From Leucoraja ocellata (Eukaryota), in assembly GCA_036785375.1 (NCBI GenBank), contig JAWMAR010000079.1:930001-994000 (forward strand): a stretch of 64,000 nucleotides of DNA, written 5' to 3'. This document shows positions 63,530 through 64,000 of this stretch, one piece after another. How positions within the stretch are numbered: the stretch's first letter is position 1; each line of letters begins with the position of its first letter. Both the position numbers and the translations under genes were made by a program. Under the pieces are notes generated by a model. It did not search any database, was not told the DNA's origin, and saw only the letters and a program-made list of their open reading frames with translations.

Positions 63530-64000
63530 CACAGTGAATAACAGTCATGCCTTGAGAGTGTGACATCTTGGGTCCGAGTCCCACCCAAGAGATTCTCCAG
63601 TGCAGAGGTAGCCACCTTACAGGTGAGACGTATTTGAAGGTGCCCTAATGTTAAAGATCTCATGGCAATACAGAGATTTTCACTGTCTTTTCACAGAAAA
63701 TCTGACAGAAGTCATTTGGCCCATTATGACCACCCCCATTGAGATGAGACCACCCAACCACCACACAGCAGTGGTATGAGATCGCTGCAGGTCATGGCTC
63801 TCCAGGTATATATCCGTCCTTTTTCAGTGTTACAATGGTTTTTGCTCACCCACCTTTACAGATAGAGATTTTGAAAGGAGACCTCTTCAGCTCCCCTCTG
63901 GTCCTTCCACCAATTCCACTAAATCTTCCCCCCTTCCCACAGAACACAGAACAATACAGCACAGGAACGGACTCTACAGCCCACGCCCAACATGATGCTC

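Noticed and set aside
1-64000. CRISPR arrays, operons or other prokaryotic systems
   Set aside because: The sequence is vertebrate exon-intron DNA; no regularly spaced repeat-spacer array, and the tandem duplications (10340, 35287, 60272) are only 2-4 units

Overview
Eukaryotic (vertebrate) genomic DNA. The repeat content (HE1-type V-SINEs, CR1 LINEs, Penelope-like elements, Rex1/Babar-type tails) points to a cartilaginous fish, most likely a skate or ray; this is inference, not a database result. Three intron-containing genes were reconstructed by hand from splice sites and remembered protein similarity. (1) SPG11 (spatacsin), coding exons 1-9 on the - strand (23069->1429; the gene continues off the left edge); intron 3 has U12 (minor spliceosome) signatures. 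(2) A complete 5-exon CIAO2A/FAM96A on the + strand (25052-34713, 161 aa), head-to-head with SPG11. (3) The last, PLAC-domain exon of an ADAMTS7-like gene on the - strand (59218->59061). Most of the rest is intron or intergenic DNA rich in retroelements and two MITEs with clean target-site duplications. I found no evidence for a wholly new protein-coding system. The best leads are: a dispersed family of Penelope-derived mini-elements carrying minimal hammerhead-ribozyme cores, one of them inside a perfect 52-bp inverted repeat; the U12 intron; two CLEAR/E-box elements at the lysosomal gene SPG11; an overlapping uORF on CIAO2A; and a perfect 34-bp intronic palindrome. Repeat boundaries are approximate and were read by eye.
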